From sequence record SRR22947725_7192: DNA of 38,942 nucleotides; one strand, written 5' to 3'. Below, piece by piece: positions 19,348 to 29,232 of this stretch (positions within the stretch are counted from its first letter, which is position 1; the number at the start of each line of letters is the position of its first letter). Below the pieces are notes generated by a model that saw nothing but the letters and a program-made list of their open reading frames with translations, searched no databases and was not told the DNA's origin. Made by a program: the position numbers and the translations under genes.

Positions 19348-20781
19348 GTGGAATCTGAGAGCGCCCTGGAGCGAATTCTTCGTCGAGGCGCCGCCGCACC
19401 CGCTCAGGAATACGACGGCGATCAGCTAGATCTAGAAGAGCGAGAGTCGCTCAGGCGGGTAATTGGCTTATCGACCGAGCTAGAGGACATCACGGATGTC
19501 GAGTATCGACAGCTCAGGATTGAGAAGGTCATCCTCATAGGAGTGTGGTCTCAGGGCAATCTCACCGCAGCCGAGAACTCGCTTCGCGAGCTTTCAGCAC
19601 TTGCGGAGACCGCCGGGGCAAAAGTTCTTGACGGACTGCTCCAGCGCAGAAACATGCCTGATCCCACCAGCTACCTTGGTAAGGGCAAGGCCTCGGAGCT
19701 AAGAGATCTCGCTCGCTCGCTTGGTGCCGATACCGTAATCGCAAATACCGAGCTCTCTCCCTCTCAGCGTCGATCGCTTGAGGACATAGTCAAAATCAAG
19801 GTCATTGATCGAACCGCAATCATTCTTGACATCTTCGCTCAGCATGCAAAAAGCAAGGAGGGTAAGGCTCAGGTTGAGCTGGCCCAGCTGGAATATTTGC
19901 TCCCCAGATTGCGCGGTTGGGGTGACTCGATGTCCAGGCAGGCTGGTGGTCAGGCCGCAGGTGGTGTCGGAATCGGCTCCAGGGGTCCCGGAGAGACGAA
20001 GATCGAGCTCGACCGGCGACGCATCAACACCCGCATGGCCAAGCTCAAGCGCGAAATCAAGGGCATGAAGCTTGCTAGGGACACTAAGCGTCAGTCAAGG
20101 CAAAAGTCTCGCGTTCCTCAGGTTGCGATCGCCGGCTACACCAACGCAGGCAAGTCCTCTTTGCTGAACAGGCTCACCAAGGCTGGTGTTTTGGTCGAGA
20201 ACGCTCTTTTCGCGACTTTGGACCCTACCGTGAGAAAGCACTCAACACCTGATGGTCGGGAGTACACAATCTCCGACACGGTTGGCTTTGTCCGAGACTT
20301 ACCTCACCAACTTGTTGAGGCATTTCGTTCGACCCTCGAAGAGATTGCCGGGGCTGACCTGATAGTCCACGTCGTAGATGCCACAGATCCTGACCCACTC
20401 GGTCAGATTTCTACCGTGAGAAGCGTTATTGCGGACTTCGATGCCAGTTCAATTGCAGAGCTTGTGGTCTTCAACAAGGCAGACCTCGTGTCCGATGAGG
20501 TTCAGGTGAGGCTCAGGGGCATGGTTCAGGGGGCGCTGCTCGTGTCTGCAAGAACTGGCCAAGGCATAGACGCTTTGCAAGAGGCCATCGCCGGCATGCT
20601 GCCAAAACCTGATGTTGAGTTTGTTGGGGTGATTCCATACTCCCGAGGAGATCTGGTTTCGCGTATCCACCTGGCCGGGAAGGTCTTAGACACAGAGTAT
20701 GTCGAGGAGGGCACTTCCCTGAGGGCGCTTGTCCGCGAGGATCTTGCCCACGAGCTCAAAGAGTTTGCTAAACGGTCCTAA
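19348..20781 (+). CDS. hflX: GTPase HflX
   Basis: [34 protein letters not shown] and NKAD. Confidence 0.97.
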   Translation: MESESALERILRRGAAAPAQEYDGDQLDLEERESLRRVIGLSTELEDITDVEYRQLRIEKVILIGVWSQGNLTAAENSLRELSALAETAGAKVLDGLLQRRNMPDPTSYLGKGKASELRDLARSLGADTVIANTELSPSQRRSLEDIVKIKVIDRTAIILDIFAQHAKSKEGKAQVELAQLEYLLPRLRGWGDSMSRQAGGQAAGGVGIGSRGPGETKIELDRRRINTRMAKLKREIKGMKLARDTKRQSRQKSRVPQVAIAGYTNAGKSSLLNRLTKAGVLVENALFATLDPTVRKHSTPDGREYTISDTVGFVRDLPHQLVEAFRSTLEEIAGADLIVHVVDATDPDPLGQISTVRSVIADFDASSIAELVVFNKADLVSDEVQVRLRGMVQGALLVSARTGQGIDALQEAIAGMLPKPDVEFVGVIPYSRGDLVSRIHLAGKVLDTEYVEEGTSLRALVREDLAHELKEFAKRS

Positions 20782-21388
20782 GGACCGCCACAACCTTTCC
20801 AAGGATTACTGCCTGGTCGCCAAGGATGGGCTCGAAGGCTGAGTTTCTTGGCAAGAGCCAGGTGTGACCATCTCGTTGCTTGAAGGTCTTCACGGTGGCT
20901 TCCTCTTCGATCAGCGCTGCAACTACGTCGCCGTTCTCTGCAGTCTGCTGCTGTCTGACTACTACCCAGTCGCCATCGCAGATTGCTGCATCGATCATGG
21001 ACTCACCAACTACCTTCAGCAAGAACAGCTCACCCTGGCCGACCAGCTGCCTGGGGAGAGTAAAGACGTCCTCGACATTCTGCTCTGCTGTGATTGGAAT
21101 GCCGGCTGCAATTCTTCCCACGAGTGGAACAAGGGCGGAATCAGGACGGATGATCTCTGCCGCTGGTTCCTCGCCTAGTAGGTCGATGGTGCGCGGCCTT
21201 CTTGGGTCCCTGGAGATAAAGCCCAGTAGCTCTAACTTGTTGAGCTGATGAGACACGCTTGCTGTGGAGGAGAGTCCGACAGACTCGCCAATCTCTCGCA
21301 TGGAAGGTGCGTAGTTTCGGGACTGCATTGACTCTCTAATGACATCCAAAATGCGCTGCTGTACTGCAGTTAGTCCGCTCTGATCCAT
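20768..21388 (-). CDS. lexA: SOS repressor LexA
   Basis: [16 protein letters not shown] cleavage site, GESM catalytic Ser and ATVK Lys; ATG at 21388 after GGAGGAGAG. The ORF-track start at 21511 is too far upstream. Confidence 0.97.
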   Translation of the reverse strand: MDQSGLTAVQQRILDVIRESMQSRNYAPSMREIGESVGLSSTASVSHQLNKLELLGFISRDPRRPRTIDLLGEEPAAEIIRPDSALVPLVGRIAAGIPITAEQNVEDVFTLPRQLVGQGELFLLKVVGESMIDAAICDGDWVVVRQQQTAENGDVVAALIEEEATVKTFKQRDGHTWLLPRNSAFEPILGDQAVILGKVVAVLRTV

Positions 21389-21461
21389 CTCTCCTCCAAA
21401 AATGTCGGTGGCCAGTGTTTTGCTTTGTCTATCGAAACTGTATTCGGAATTTGCAGCAAAT

Positions 21462-21477
21462 CCAAACACATTTTCGA
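21462..21477. promoter_or_regulatory. LexA box near the lexA promoter
   Basis: CCAAAC-ACAT-TTTCGA (reverse: TCGAAA-ATGT-GTTTGG), upstream of a minus-strand -10 TACAGT at 21437-21442. Confidence 0.6.
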
Positions 21478-21505
21478 AAAAAACCAAAAAAGTAGCAAGA
21501 AATGC

Positions 21506-21549
21506 TTGCAAACCGCAGGAAGATTTCTATACTTAGAACAAATGTTCGA
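21506..21549 (+). promoter_or_regulatory. Promoter of the LysM gene with an adjacent LexA box
   Basis: TTGCAA(21506-21511)-16 nt-TATACT(21528-21533), followed directly by TAGAAC-AAAT-GTTCGA (21534-21549). Confidence 0.78.
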
Positions 21550-21579
21550 AAAAGAAATTCGAGCAAGGAGGTAAGAGCA

Positions 21580-21873
21580 ATGCAGAAACTCAGTGCGTAT
21601 GAACTGACTGACCCACGACGTTTCGCTCGCGCGATCGTCATTCTCATGCTTGCTGTCGTCCTAAGTGTGGTCGGCATCACAGGCTCTGTTGCCACCGACT
21701 CAGAACCCGGCAACCTCACCTACATCACCGTTTCTCAAGGAGATTCACTTTGGTCGCTGGCCGAGGCGCACGCCAAGGGTCAGGATCCAAGAGACTGGAT
21801 CGCAGAGGTTGTAATGACAAATGCACTTCAGAGCTCAGACCTAATTCCTGGGCAACAAATCGCACTTCCATAG
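21580..21873 (+). CDS. LysM-domain membrane protein, probable SOS cell-division inhibitor (YneA/ChiZ/DivS-like)
   Basis: TM helix followed by LysM ITVSQGDSLWSLAE...LIPGQQIALP; divergent from lexA; AAGGAGG RBS before ATG 21580. Confidence 0.88.
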   Translation: MQKLSAYELTDPRRFARAIVILMLAVVLSVVGITGSVATDSEPGNLTYITVSQGDSLWSLAEAHAKGQDPRDWIAEVVMTNALQSSDLIPGQQIALP

Positions 21874-21894
21874 TCTGATGGCTAGCATTTATGG

Positions 21895-22965
21895 GTGAGC
21901 AGTCTCGAAAATCTTCCAATTCGCGTTGACCTGCGTGGTCAGGAGCCCTATGGCGCTCCGCAACTTGCTGTTCCAGTTTCTCTGAACGTAAACGAAAACA
22001 CCCATGGCATACCCGAAGAAGTTGCCCTCACAATCGTCGAGAAGTTGGCCGCGGCAGTAGTTGGTCTAAATCGCTATCCGGATCGCGAATTCTTGGAACT
22101 TAGAGAATCACTTGCCAACTTCTTGGGACACGGGCTCTCCGCTAAGCAGGTTTGGGCGGCCAATGGGTCTAACGAGGTGCTTCAGCAGTTCTTCACAGCC
22201 TTTGGCGGACCCGGAAGAAAGGCCTTGAGCTTTGGGCCCACCTACTCGATGTATCCAAACATCGCCCGGATAACCCTGACTGACTACGTTGAGGCCCAGC
22301 GACCGGAGGGGTATGAACTAACTCCAGAGTTCGTGGCTGAGGCAATTTCTGAGCACAAACCAGACATCGTTTTGATCTGTGCGCCAAATAACCCAACTGG
22401 GACTGCGGTGACACTTGAAACTGTGCGGGCAGCATATGGGGCTTTCGAGGGGATGCTTCTTGTAGACGAGGCCTACGCCGAGTTTTCGCAGGGACCGAGC
22501 TCAATTGAGCTGCTTCCCACCATGGAGCGCCTGGTGGTGTCCAGGACGATGAGTAAGGCCTTCGCATTTGCTGGGGCGAGGGTTGGCTTCATGGCCGCTT
22601 CAGAGGCGGTTGTTGACGCGATGAGGATTGTCAGGCTGCCCTATCACCTGTCAGCTCTGACGCAGGCTGCGGCTCTTGCTGCCCTAGAGCACAGCGCCCT
22701 CATGCTCGCAAACGTTGAGAAGATTAAGGTCCAGCGAGATCGAATCATTAGCGCTTGCAGGCAGTGGGGGCTCAAACCATACGACTCCGATGCAAACTTT
22801 GTTTTGGTCGCGGGCTTCTCTGACCCCAATGCTGTATTCGAAGATTTGTTGGCTAAGGGGGTTTTAGTCCGAAACGTCGGAATCCCCGGAACCCTCCGGA
22901 TTACCGCTGGCACAGAGGCCGAAACCACAAAACTTCTTGCTGAGATTGCGCTTTTGCTTGACTAG
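21895..22965 (+). CDS. hisC: Histidinol-phosphate aminotransferase
   Basis: [25 protein letters not shown] and the PLP-Lys motif [16 protein letters not shown]. Confidence 0.96.
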   Translation: MSSLENLPIRVDLRGQEPYGAPQLAVPVSLNVNENTHGIPEEVALTIVEKLAAAVVGLNRYPDREFLELRESLANFLGHGLSAKQVWAANGSNEVLQQFFTAFGGPGRKALSFGPTYSMYPNIARITLTDYVEAQRPEGYELTPEFVAEAISEHKPDIVLICAPNNPTGTAVTLETVRAAYGAFEGMLLVDEAYAEFSQGPSSIELLPTMERLVVSRTMSKAFAFAGARVGFMAASEAVVDAMRIVRLPYHLSALTQAAALAALEHSALMLANVEKIKVQRDRIISACRQWGLKPYDSDANFVLVAGFSDPNAVFEDLLAKGVLVRNVGIPGTLRITAGTEAETTKLLAEIALLLD

Positions 22966-23000
22966 ACTTGGGGTTCAATCCCAAGTTGAAGGTGCTAAAG

Positions 23001-23600
23001 ATGACTCGCATTGCCAAAGTGAGCCGCAAGACCTCTGAGTCTGCGGTTGAGCTTGAGCTGAATCTGGACGGTTCAGGCGTTTCCGAAATCGAGACCACGG
23101 TTCCTTTTTTCAACCACCTTCTAACTGCCTTTTCCAAGCACTCACTGATTGACCTGAAGGTCAAGGCAAAGGGCGACACGGATATTGACATCCACCACAC
23201 GGTCGAAGATGTCGCAATTGTTTTGGGTCAGGCCCTCAAAGAGGCGCTCGGTGACAAGGCTGGTATTTCGAGATATGGGGATGCTGTTGTCCCGCTTGAT
23301 GAGGCCCTAGCCCAAGCGGTGGTAGATATTTCTGGCAGGCCGTATTTGGTGCACGAAGGAGAACCGGCAGGCTTTGAGTATCACCTGATTGGTGGTCACT
23401 TCACCGGTTCCATGGTTCGCCACGTCTTTGAGGCCATCGCCCACAATGCCGGCATAACGCTTCACGTTTCGCTGCTTGGTGGCCGTGATGCTCACCACAT
23501 CGCAGAGGCCCAGTTCAAGGCTTTTGCCAGGGCGCTAAGGGCTGCGGTTGAGCCTGATCCTCGGGTGCAGGGAGTTCCCTCGACGAAGGGAAGCCTGTGA
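23001..23600 (+). CDS. hisB: Imidazoleglycerol-phosphate dehydratase
   Basis: [24 protein letters not shown] and PSTKGSL; ATG 23001. Confidence 0.97.
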   Translation: MTRIAKVSRKTSESAVELELNLDGSGVSEIETTVPFFNHLLTAFSKHSLIDLKVKAKGDTDIDIHHTVEDVAIVLGQALKEALGDKAGISRYGDAVVPLDEALAQAVVDISGRPYLVHEGEPAGFEYHLIGGHFTGSMVRHVFEAIAHNAGITLHVSLLGGRDAHHIAEAQFKAFARALRAAVEPDPRVQGVPSTKGSL

Positions 23601-24226
23601 CCAAAAAGGTCACGGTCTTAGATTACGGTTCCGGCAACATCCACTCTGCTGTTCGCGCCCTTGCCGAGGCAGGTGCCGAGGTGTCCCTCACCTCTGACCC
23701 AAAGGACCTAATTGAGTCTGATGGCATGGTGATCCCCGGTGTGGGTGCCTATGCGGCAGTAATGCGAAAACTCGCAGGGGTTTCTGCGGCCTCAATTGTT
23801 GACAAGAGGCTCGCAGCCTCCAGGCCTGTGCTGGGGATATGTGTTGGGATGCAGGTGATGTTTTCTTCAGGGTTGGAGCACGGGGAAGAAACCCCAGGTC
23901 TTGGTCAGTGGCCAGGAGAGGTTTCCAAGTTGAAAGCTGAGACTCTTCCTCACATCGGCTGGACAGCAGTTGAGCCCGACGCAGGCTCGGAATTGTTCAA
24001 GGGCATTGAGGGTGAGAGGTTTTACTTCGTGCACTCCTACGCTGCAAAAAAGTGGGAGCTTGATGTGCAAGCGCCTTTCATCCCGCCAAAGCTGACTTGG
24101 GCAGAACACGGCGAGAGGTTCCTAGCTGCAGTTGAGAATGGACCACTGAGTGCAACTCAGTTTCACCCAGAGAAGTCTGGTCGGGCTGGCCTGCAGCTTT
24201 TGAGAAACTGGACAAAGACCCTCTAG
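23597..24226 (+). CDS. hisH: Imidazole glycerol phosphate synthase, glutaminase subunit
   Basis: DYGSGN, PGVGA, GICVGMQ, YFVHSY and QFHPEKS. Confidence 0.97.
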   Translation: MTKKVTVLDYGSGNIHSAVRALAEAGAEVSLTSDPKDLIESDGMVIPGVGAYAAVMRKLAGVSAASIVDKRLAASRPVLGICVGMQVMFSSGLEHGEETPGLGQWPGEVSKLKAETLPHIGWTAVEPDAGSELFKGIEGERFYFVHSYAAKKWELDVQAPFIPPKLTWAEHGERFLAAVENGPLSATQFHPEKSGRAGLQLLRNWTKTL

Positions 24227-24235
24227 GAGTAGTGG

Positions 24236-24964
24236 ATGCATTTAGAACTGTTACCGGCTGTTGATGTTGCCTCAGGCAAAGCGGTTCGACTAACCCAGGG
24301 TGAGGCGGGTAGCGAGGAAGACTTTGGCCACCCGCTCGATGCAGCAATGGATTGGATTAGCGCAGGCGCTGAGTGGATTCACCTTGTTGACCTAGATGCG
24401 GCGTTTGGCAGGGGCAGCAACAAAGAGGTAATCGCTGAGGTAATTGCCAACGCTGGGGATACAAAGATCGAGCTCTCTGGCGGCATCCGCGATTCTCATT
24501 CACTGGAGGCGGCTCTAGAACTTGGTGCTACAAGAGTCAACCTCGGCACCGCCGCCCTAGAGGATCCCGAGTGGACTGCAGGAGTAATAGCAAATTACGG
24601 GGACAAGATTGCGGTTGGGCTCGATGTTCGAGGCACCACCCTCGCTGCCAGGGGCTGGACCAAAGAGGGTGGGGACTTGTTCGAGGTTCTAAAGAGACTG
24701 GAAGAGGCTGGCTGTGCTCGTTATGTGGTGACCGACGTCACCAAGGACGGAACCCTGAGGGGTCCGAACCTGGAACTTCTCAAGACGGTTATGGAGAAGA
24801 CCGCCAAGCCGGTTGTGGCATCGGGCGGTATTTCATCGCTTGAGGACATTTCCAATCTGGCTGCACTCGTTCCCCTGGGTCTTGAGGGCGCCATCCTTGG
24901 AAAGTCGCTATACGCCGGTCGCTTCACCTTGGAAGAGGCCCTTGAGGTTGCGGGCAGGGCTTGA
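24236..24964 (+). CDS. priA: Phosphoribosyl isomerase A (bifunctional HisA/TrpF)
   Basis: [27 protein letters not shown] and the ARGW loop typical of PriA. Confidence 0.93.
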   Translation: MHLELLPAVDVASGKAVRLTQGEAGSEEDFGHPLDAAMDWISAGAEWIHLVDLDAAFGRGSNKEVIAEVIANAGDTKIELSGGIRDSHSLEAALELGATRVNLGTAALEDPEWTAGVIANYGDKIAVGLDVRGTTLAARGWTKEGGDLFEVLKRLEEAGCARYVVTDVTKDGTLRGPNLELLKTVMEKTAKPVVASGGISSLEDISNLAALVPLGLEGAILGKSLYAGRFTLEEALEVAGRA

Positions 24965-25704
24965 GCGACAAATACAGCGACTCGGCTGGCGTTCCATGGG
25001 AAGGACGCTCGTTTGAGGAGAACGCCTTCGCAGATGACGACGGTAAGACTCCCAAAGCTCTTGGGGCGGCGCTCGCGGATCAGCCCATTGACAAGTCGGC
25101 CCTAGTTGCCGCCCTCACTGATTCCAGGCTGCTTATCCCTCTGATCGCCAATCTCGGTGAATCCGAACAGGGGCCTCATGGCCAGCTGGTGGACAAGAGT
25201 GCGGAGCTTGCAATTGTTGCCGTCGCTACCCCCGATAAGCAGACTGCAATACCTGTTTTTAGTTCGGTTGCGGACATGGCAAAGTGGAAAAGCGATGCCA
25301 GGCCGGTGCCAGCATCTTCACAGCGGGTCGCACTGGCGGCTGCAAGTGAGGGGCACTCGAGAATAATTCTGAATCCTGCAACTGACGCCGTTGCACTCAG
25401 AACCCCCGCTCTAGAGGCCATAGCAAAGCGCGAACAGTGGTTTCCTCCCCACAAAGACCCCTGGGTTCTTAGCTGGTGTGAAGAGGTGGCCATGAGACAT
25501 CCGCTGATTTCGACCATCGACCTCTTTGATGGAGACCCAAAGCTCGATCTTTCGCATGCGGAGCTACTGATTCAGCTGGGCATGCGCCCGAGCGTTAGCC
25601 CTGACACACTCAAGGAGCTCCTGACTTCTTTTACGGATGAACTCAGGAGTGAGGAGTTCAACCGAAGGGTTGACTCAATTGGCTACCGACTAGTGGTCGC
25701 TTAG
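24961..25704 (+). CDS. SseB family protein
   Basis: [27 protein letters not shown] and ARPVP motifs of actinobacterial SseB-like proteins. Confidence 0.8.
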   Translation: MSDKYSDSAGVPWEGRSFEENAFADDDGKTPKALGAALADQPIDKSALVAALTDSRLLIPLIANLGESEQGPHGQLVDKSAELAIVAVATPDKQTAIPVFSSVADMAKWKSDARPVPASSQRVALAAASEGHSRIILNPATDAVALRTPALEAIAKREQWFPPHKDPWVLSWCEEVAMRHPLISTIDLFDGDPKLDLSHAELLIQLGMRPSVSPDTLKELLTSFTDELRSEEFNRRVDSIGYRLVVA

Positions 25705-26021
25705 CTAACCGGTCCGGTGTATTTCTCGCCTGGGCCTTTACCGGGCTCATCAGGCATTGCCGAGGCCTCACGGAAGGCGAGCTGAAGAGAACGAAGACCG
25801 TCGCGAAGAGGTCTTGCGTGGTGGTCACCGATTTCAGGAGCGGCAGCAGTTACCAGTCCAGCCAGAGCGGTTATCAACTTGCGGGCCTCGTCTAGGTCGG
25901 CAGGTGCATCCTCCGCAAGACCCGTCTGCACCGCAGCAGCGCTCATTAGGTGAACCGCTGCGGTATTTATAATTTCGACGGCTGGAACCTCGGCAATATC
26001 TCTTGCTGCACCCTCGTCCAA
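25701..26021 (-). CDS. DUF1844 domain protein
   Basis: RDIAEVPAVEII..AAVHLMSAAA, DLDEARKLI and LRSLQLAFREAS; divergent from infC. Confidence 0.88.
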   Translation of the reverse strand: MDEGAARDIAEVPAVEIINTAAVHLMSAAAVQTGLAEDAPADLDEARKLITALAGLVTAAAPEIGDHHARPLRDGLRSLQLAFREASAMPDEPGKGPGEKYTGPVS

Positions 26022-26203
26022 TTTGCCTCTTCTCTGTTGGCTTTTACTCTGCTAGAGTATTGCAGGCTCTGGGCTAAGGCTCAGTGAAGAAGTGGATTGC
26101 GATCCCACCTGCCAACCGCATAAAAAGGTTGTTTGGGTAAGAGAGTTTATTTATTTCTGCATGCCGCATGGCGAGCTAAAACAATTGGCAACGAGGAGCA
26201 GTT

Positions 26204-26782
26204 ATTAGCGATCCGCGCATTAATGAGCGTATTCGGGTCTCTGAGGTTCGACTAGTCGGACCAACCGGAGAACAGGTTGGTGTAGTACCAATCGAGCGGG
26301 CATTGAAGATGGCACAGGATGCAGACCTAGATCTAGTCGAGGTTTCACCCGGTTCCAACCCACCTGTCTGCAAGGTCATGGACTACGGCAAGTTCAAATA
26401 CGAAGCGGCTCAGAAAGTGCGAGAGGCTCGCAAGAACCAGGTCAACACAATCTTGAAGACGGTTCGCTTCGGTCTAAAGATCGACGATCACGACTACAAC
26501 ACCAAGGTTGGTCAGGTTCGCAAGTTCCTCAAGGCTGGCGACAAGGTGAAGGTGATGGTTGTCTTCCGAGGCCGCGAGCAGTCCAGGCCCGAAATGGGCG
26601 TGAAGCTGCTGCAGCGACTCAGCGAGGAAGTAACCGAGTTCGGAACCGTGGAGTCGACCCCATCAATCGATGGCCGCAACATGGTCATGGTTATTGGGCC
26701 ACTAAAGAACAAGGCCGAGGCAAGAGCCGAGGCGAAACGAGTTCAAACCAAGGACTCGTCTCAGACGAGCGAAGAAAACTAA
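26204..26782 (+). CDS. infC: Translation initiation factor IF-3 (ATT start)
   Basis: The frame extends upstream of the ORF-track start as [34 protein letters not shown] (26193-26198) lies 5 nt before ATT 26204; MDYGKFKYE and FRGRE motifs. Confidence 0.95.
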   Translation: MSDPRINERIRVSEVRLVGPTGEQVGVVPIERALKMAQDADLDLVEVSPGSNPPVCKVMDYGKFKYEAAQKVREARKNQVNTILKTVRFGLKIDDHDYNTKVGQVRKFLKAGDKVKVMVVFRGREQSRPEMGVKLLQRLSEEVTEFGTVESTPSIDGRNMVMVIGPLKNKAEARAEAKRVQTKDSSQTSEEN

Positions 26783-26793
26783 GAGGAGAGATT

Positions 26794-26988
26794 ATGCCGA
26801 AGATGAAGACCCACTCGGGTGCCAAGAAGCGCTTCCGCTTCACCGGTAGCGGCAAGCTCATGAAGCAGCAGATCAACATGCGTCACAACCTGGAGCACAA
26901 GAGCTCCCGCAGGACGCGTCGTCTGAACCAAGACCAGGTGGTATCGCCTGCAGATTTCAAGAAGCTTAAGAAGCAACTAGGCCGCTAG
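26794..26988 (+). CDS. rpmI: 50S ribosomal protein L35
   Basis: [21 protein letters not shown]. Confidence 0.98.
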   Translation: MPKMKTHSGAKKRFRFTGSGKLMKQQINMRHNLEHKSSRRTRRLNQDQVVSPADFKKLKKQLGR

Positions 26989-27006
26989 GCGAAGGAGAGT
27001 AAGAAC

Positions 27007-27390
27007 ATGGCAAGAGTAAAAAACGCCGTCAACTCACACAAAAAGCGTCGAGTTGCACTAGAAAGAGCACACGGTTACCGCGGACAGCGCTCAAGGCTTT
27101 ACCGCATGGCAAAGCAGCAGCTGCTGCACTCGTTTGTCTATGCATACAACGACCGTCGTAAGCGCAAGGGTGACTTCCGCAGGTTGTGGATCAGCAGAAT
27201 CAACGCTGCTGCCCGCCTAAACGGCATGACCTACAACCGCCTAATCCAGGGCTTGAACCTGGCGGGTATCGAGGTTGACCGTCGCATCCTGGCCGACATG
27301 GCAGTAAACGACCCAGGCGCTTTTGCAACATTGGTTGCAAGCGCTAAGGCAGCACTGCCAAAGGACGTAAACGCTCCAAAGGTTAGCTAG
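27007..27390 (+). CDS. rplT: 50S ribosomal protein L20
   Basis: MARVK...[11 protein letters not shown]...[15 protein letters not shown]. Confidence 0.98.
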   Translation: MARVKNAVNSHKKRRVALERAHGYRGQRSRLYRMAKQQLLHSFVYAYNDRRKRKGDFRRLWISRINAAARLNGMTYNRLIQGLNLAGIEVDRRILADMAVNDPGAFATLVASAKAALPKDVNAPKVS

Positions 27391-28190
27391 TGGCGCTTGA
27401 CCCAGGTTCTGCCCGGGTCAAGGAAATTGCGCGACTTTCACAAAAAGATGCCCGGTATGAAACCGGGCTCTTTTTGCTTGAGGGCCCTCAAGGGCTCAAG
27501 GAGCTAGCGCAGTATCCCGAACTCGCTCAGGAGATATTTGTTACCGAGAGTGCTCAAGAGCGCTACTCGGCTGAGATATCCACGCTTGAAAAGGCCGGCG
27601 TCGCTGTGGAGCAGGTTTCCACGCGGGTCATGGAAAAGATTGCCGACACCAAAACCCCACAGGGCATTGTCAGTGTTGTTCATCACGTTGATGTTGAGTT
27701 TTCGGAGATCGTGGAAACGAGTCCGAAGCTAGTTGTGCTGCTCGATCGCATTCAGGATCCGGGTAATGCCGGCACGATTATCCGTGCGGCAGATGCAGCC
27801 GGAGCGGATGCCGTTGTCTTTTCAACCGGGTCCGTTGACCCCTATAACTCAAAGGTGGTTCGCTCGACCGCAGGCAGCTTGCTGAATGTGCCAATTAGTG
27901 TCGGGGTCGACATGCAGGAAGCCGTAATCGAGCTGCAGTCCAAGGGTATGCAGGTGTTATCAACCAGTGCCAAGGGTGAGTCGCTGCCGGAGCTGCCCCA
28001 GGGAACGCTTGCTACTGCCTCGGCGTGGATCTTTGGGAACGAGGCTGGGGGAGTCGGCGCTGAGCTCGCCGCCTTGGCAGATAAGACGGTCTCAATTCCG
28101 ATTTATGGCTCTGCAGAGTCGCTGAATCTCGCTACAGCGGCTTCTATCTGCCTGTATTTCACTGCGTTCGCTCAGCGGGCCAATCACTAA
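27390..28190 (+). CDS. TrmH/SpoU family RNA methyltransferase
   Basis: IQDPGNAGTIIRAADAAG, FGNEAGG and AESLNLATAA. Confidence 0.93.
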   Translation: MALDPGSARVKEIARLSQKDARYETGLFLLEGPQGLKELAQYPELAQEIFVTESAQERYSAEISTLEKAGVAVEQVSTRVMEKIADTKTPQGIVSVVHHVDVEFSEIVETSPKLVVLLDRIQDPGNAGTIIRAADAAGADAVVFSTGSVDPYNSKVVRSTAGSLLNVPISVGVDMQEAVIELQSKGMQVLSTSAKGESLPELPQGTLATASAWIFGNEAGGVGAELAALADKTVSIPIYGSAESLNLATAASICLYFTAFAQRANH

Positions 28191-28200
28191 ACTTGTGCAG

Positions 28201-29232
28201 GTGTCCGAGCTAACCCAATCCGAGGTAACCAAGGCGCTCAAGAGCTCCTTGGATGCTCTGAGCGCGATTGGAACAGCGGAGGAGCTGAGGCAATCTAAGG
28301 CCCAGCTGGTAGGGGACGCAGCTCCGCTCACCAAGCTCAATGCGCTAATCAAGTCGCTACCGGGAGATAAGAAGGCCGAGGCCGGCAAGATGATGGGCGA
28401 GGCAAAGGCTGAGCTCATGGCCGCTTTTGAGGCAAAGGCTGCAGAGCTCGAGAAAATAGCCAGGGCGCAGCGTCTTGAGGCTGAGAAGGTCGACATCACG
28501 GCCGCTGCCAATTACATCCAGCGCGGAGCTAGGCACCCGCTATCGCTATTGATGGACCAGATCAGTGACGTTTTTGTTGGCATGGGTTGGGAAATCGCCG
28601 ATGGTCCAGAACTTGAAAACGAGTGGTTCAATTTCGATGCTCTGAACTTCCACCCGGATCACCCGGCGAGGGCCATGCAGGACACATTCTTTGTTTCTCC
28701 TGTTGAGAATCACTTGCTTCTCAGGACTCACACCTCCCCGGTTCAAATCCGCTCGCTTCTCGAGCGGGAGCTTCCGGTTTATGTGCTTTGCCCTGGCAGG
28801 GTCTTCCGCACGGACGAACTTGATGCGACTCACACTCCCGTTTTCCACCAGGTTGAAGGTCTAGCCGTAGATAAGGGTCTTACGATGGCCGACCTACGCG
28901 GAACTCTGGAGCATTTTGCGCGGGTGATGTTTGGACCCGAGGCCAAGATCAGGCTTCGCCCCAGCTACTTCCCCTTCACTGAACCCAGCGCAGAGCTAGA
29001 TGTCTGGCATCCAGGAGCAAAGGGCGGGCCGAGGTGGGTCGAGTGGGGCGGCTGCGGCATGGTCAACCCCAATGTTCTGCTTGCAGCGGGCATTGACCCA
29101 GAGGTCTATTCGGGATTTGCCTTCGGAATGGGCATCGAGAGAACCCTGATGTTTAGAAATGGCGTTTTGGACATGCACGACATGGTCGAGGCGGATGTTA
29201 GGTTCTCAAGGCAGTTCGGGCAGGTGATCTAG
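28201..29232 (+). CDS. pheS: Phenylalanine--tRNA ligase alpha subunit
   Basis: HPARAMQDTF, LRTHTSPVQ, YFPFTEPS and GFAFGMGIER; GTG 28201 preferred (alternative 28195). Confidence 0.97.
   Translation: MSELTQSEVTKALKSSLDALSAIGTAEELRQSKAQLVGDAAPLTKLNALIKSLPGDKKAEAGKMMGEAKAELMAAFEAKAAELEKIARAQRLEAEKVDITAAANYIQRGARHPLSLLMDQISDVFVGMGWEIADGPELENEWFNFDALNFHPDHPARAMQDTFFVSPVENHLLLRTHTSPVQIRSLLERELPVYVLCPGRVFRTDELDATHTPVFHQVEGLAVDKGLTMADLRGTLEHFARVMFGPEAKIRLRPSYFPFTEPSAELDVWHPGAKGGPRWVEWGGCGMVNPNVLLAAGIDPEVYSGFAFGMGIERTLMFRNGVLDMHDMVEADVRFSRQFGQVI

Noticed and set aside
21389-21511. N-terminal extension of LexA (similarly pgsA from 11984, recX from 14856, hisB from 22968, LysM from 21502)
   Set aside because: The extensions cover promoter DNA or upstream genes; downstream starts fit RBS position and family length.
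22970-22982. GGGGTTCAATCCC as a tRNA T-arm remnant or att site
   Set aside because: No cloverleaf, no CCA end, no integrase nearby, and the T-stem register does not pair.
28188-28200. T-box or attenuator before pheS (or tyrS)
   Set aside because: There is no leader space: 10 nt before pheS, and tyrS overlaps argH.
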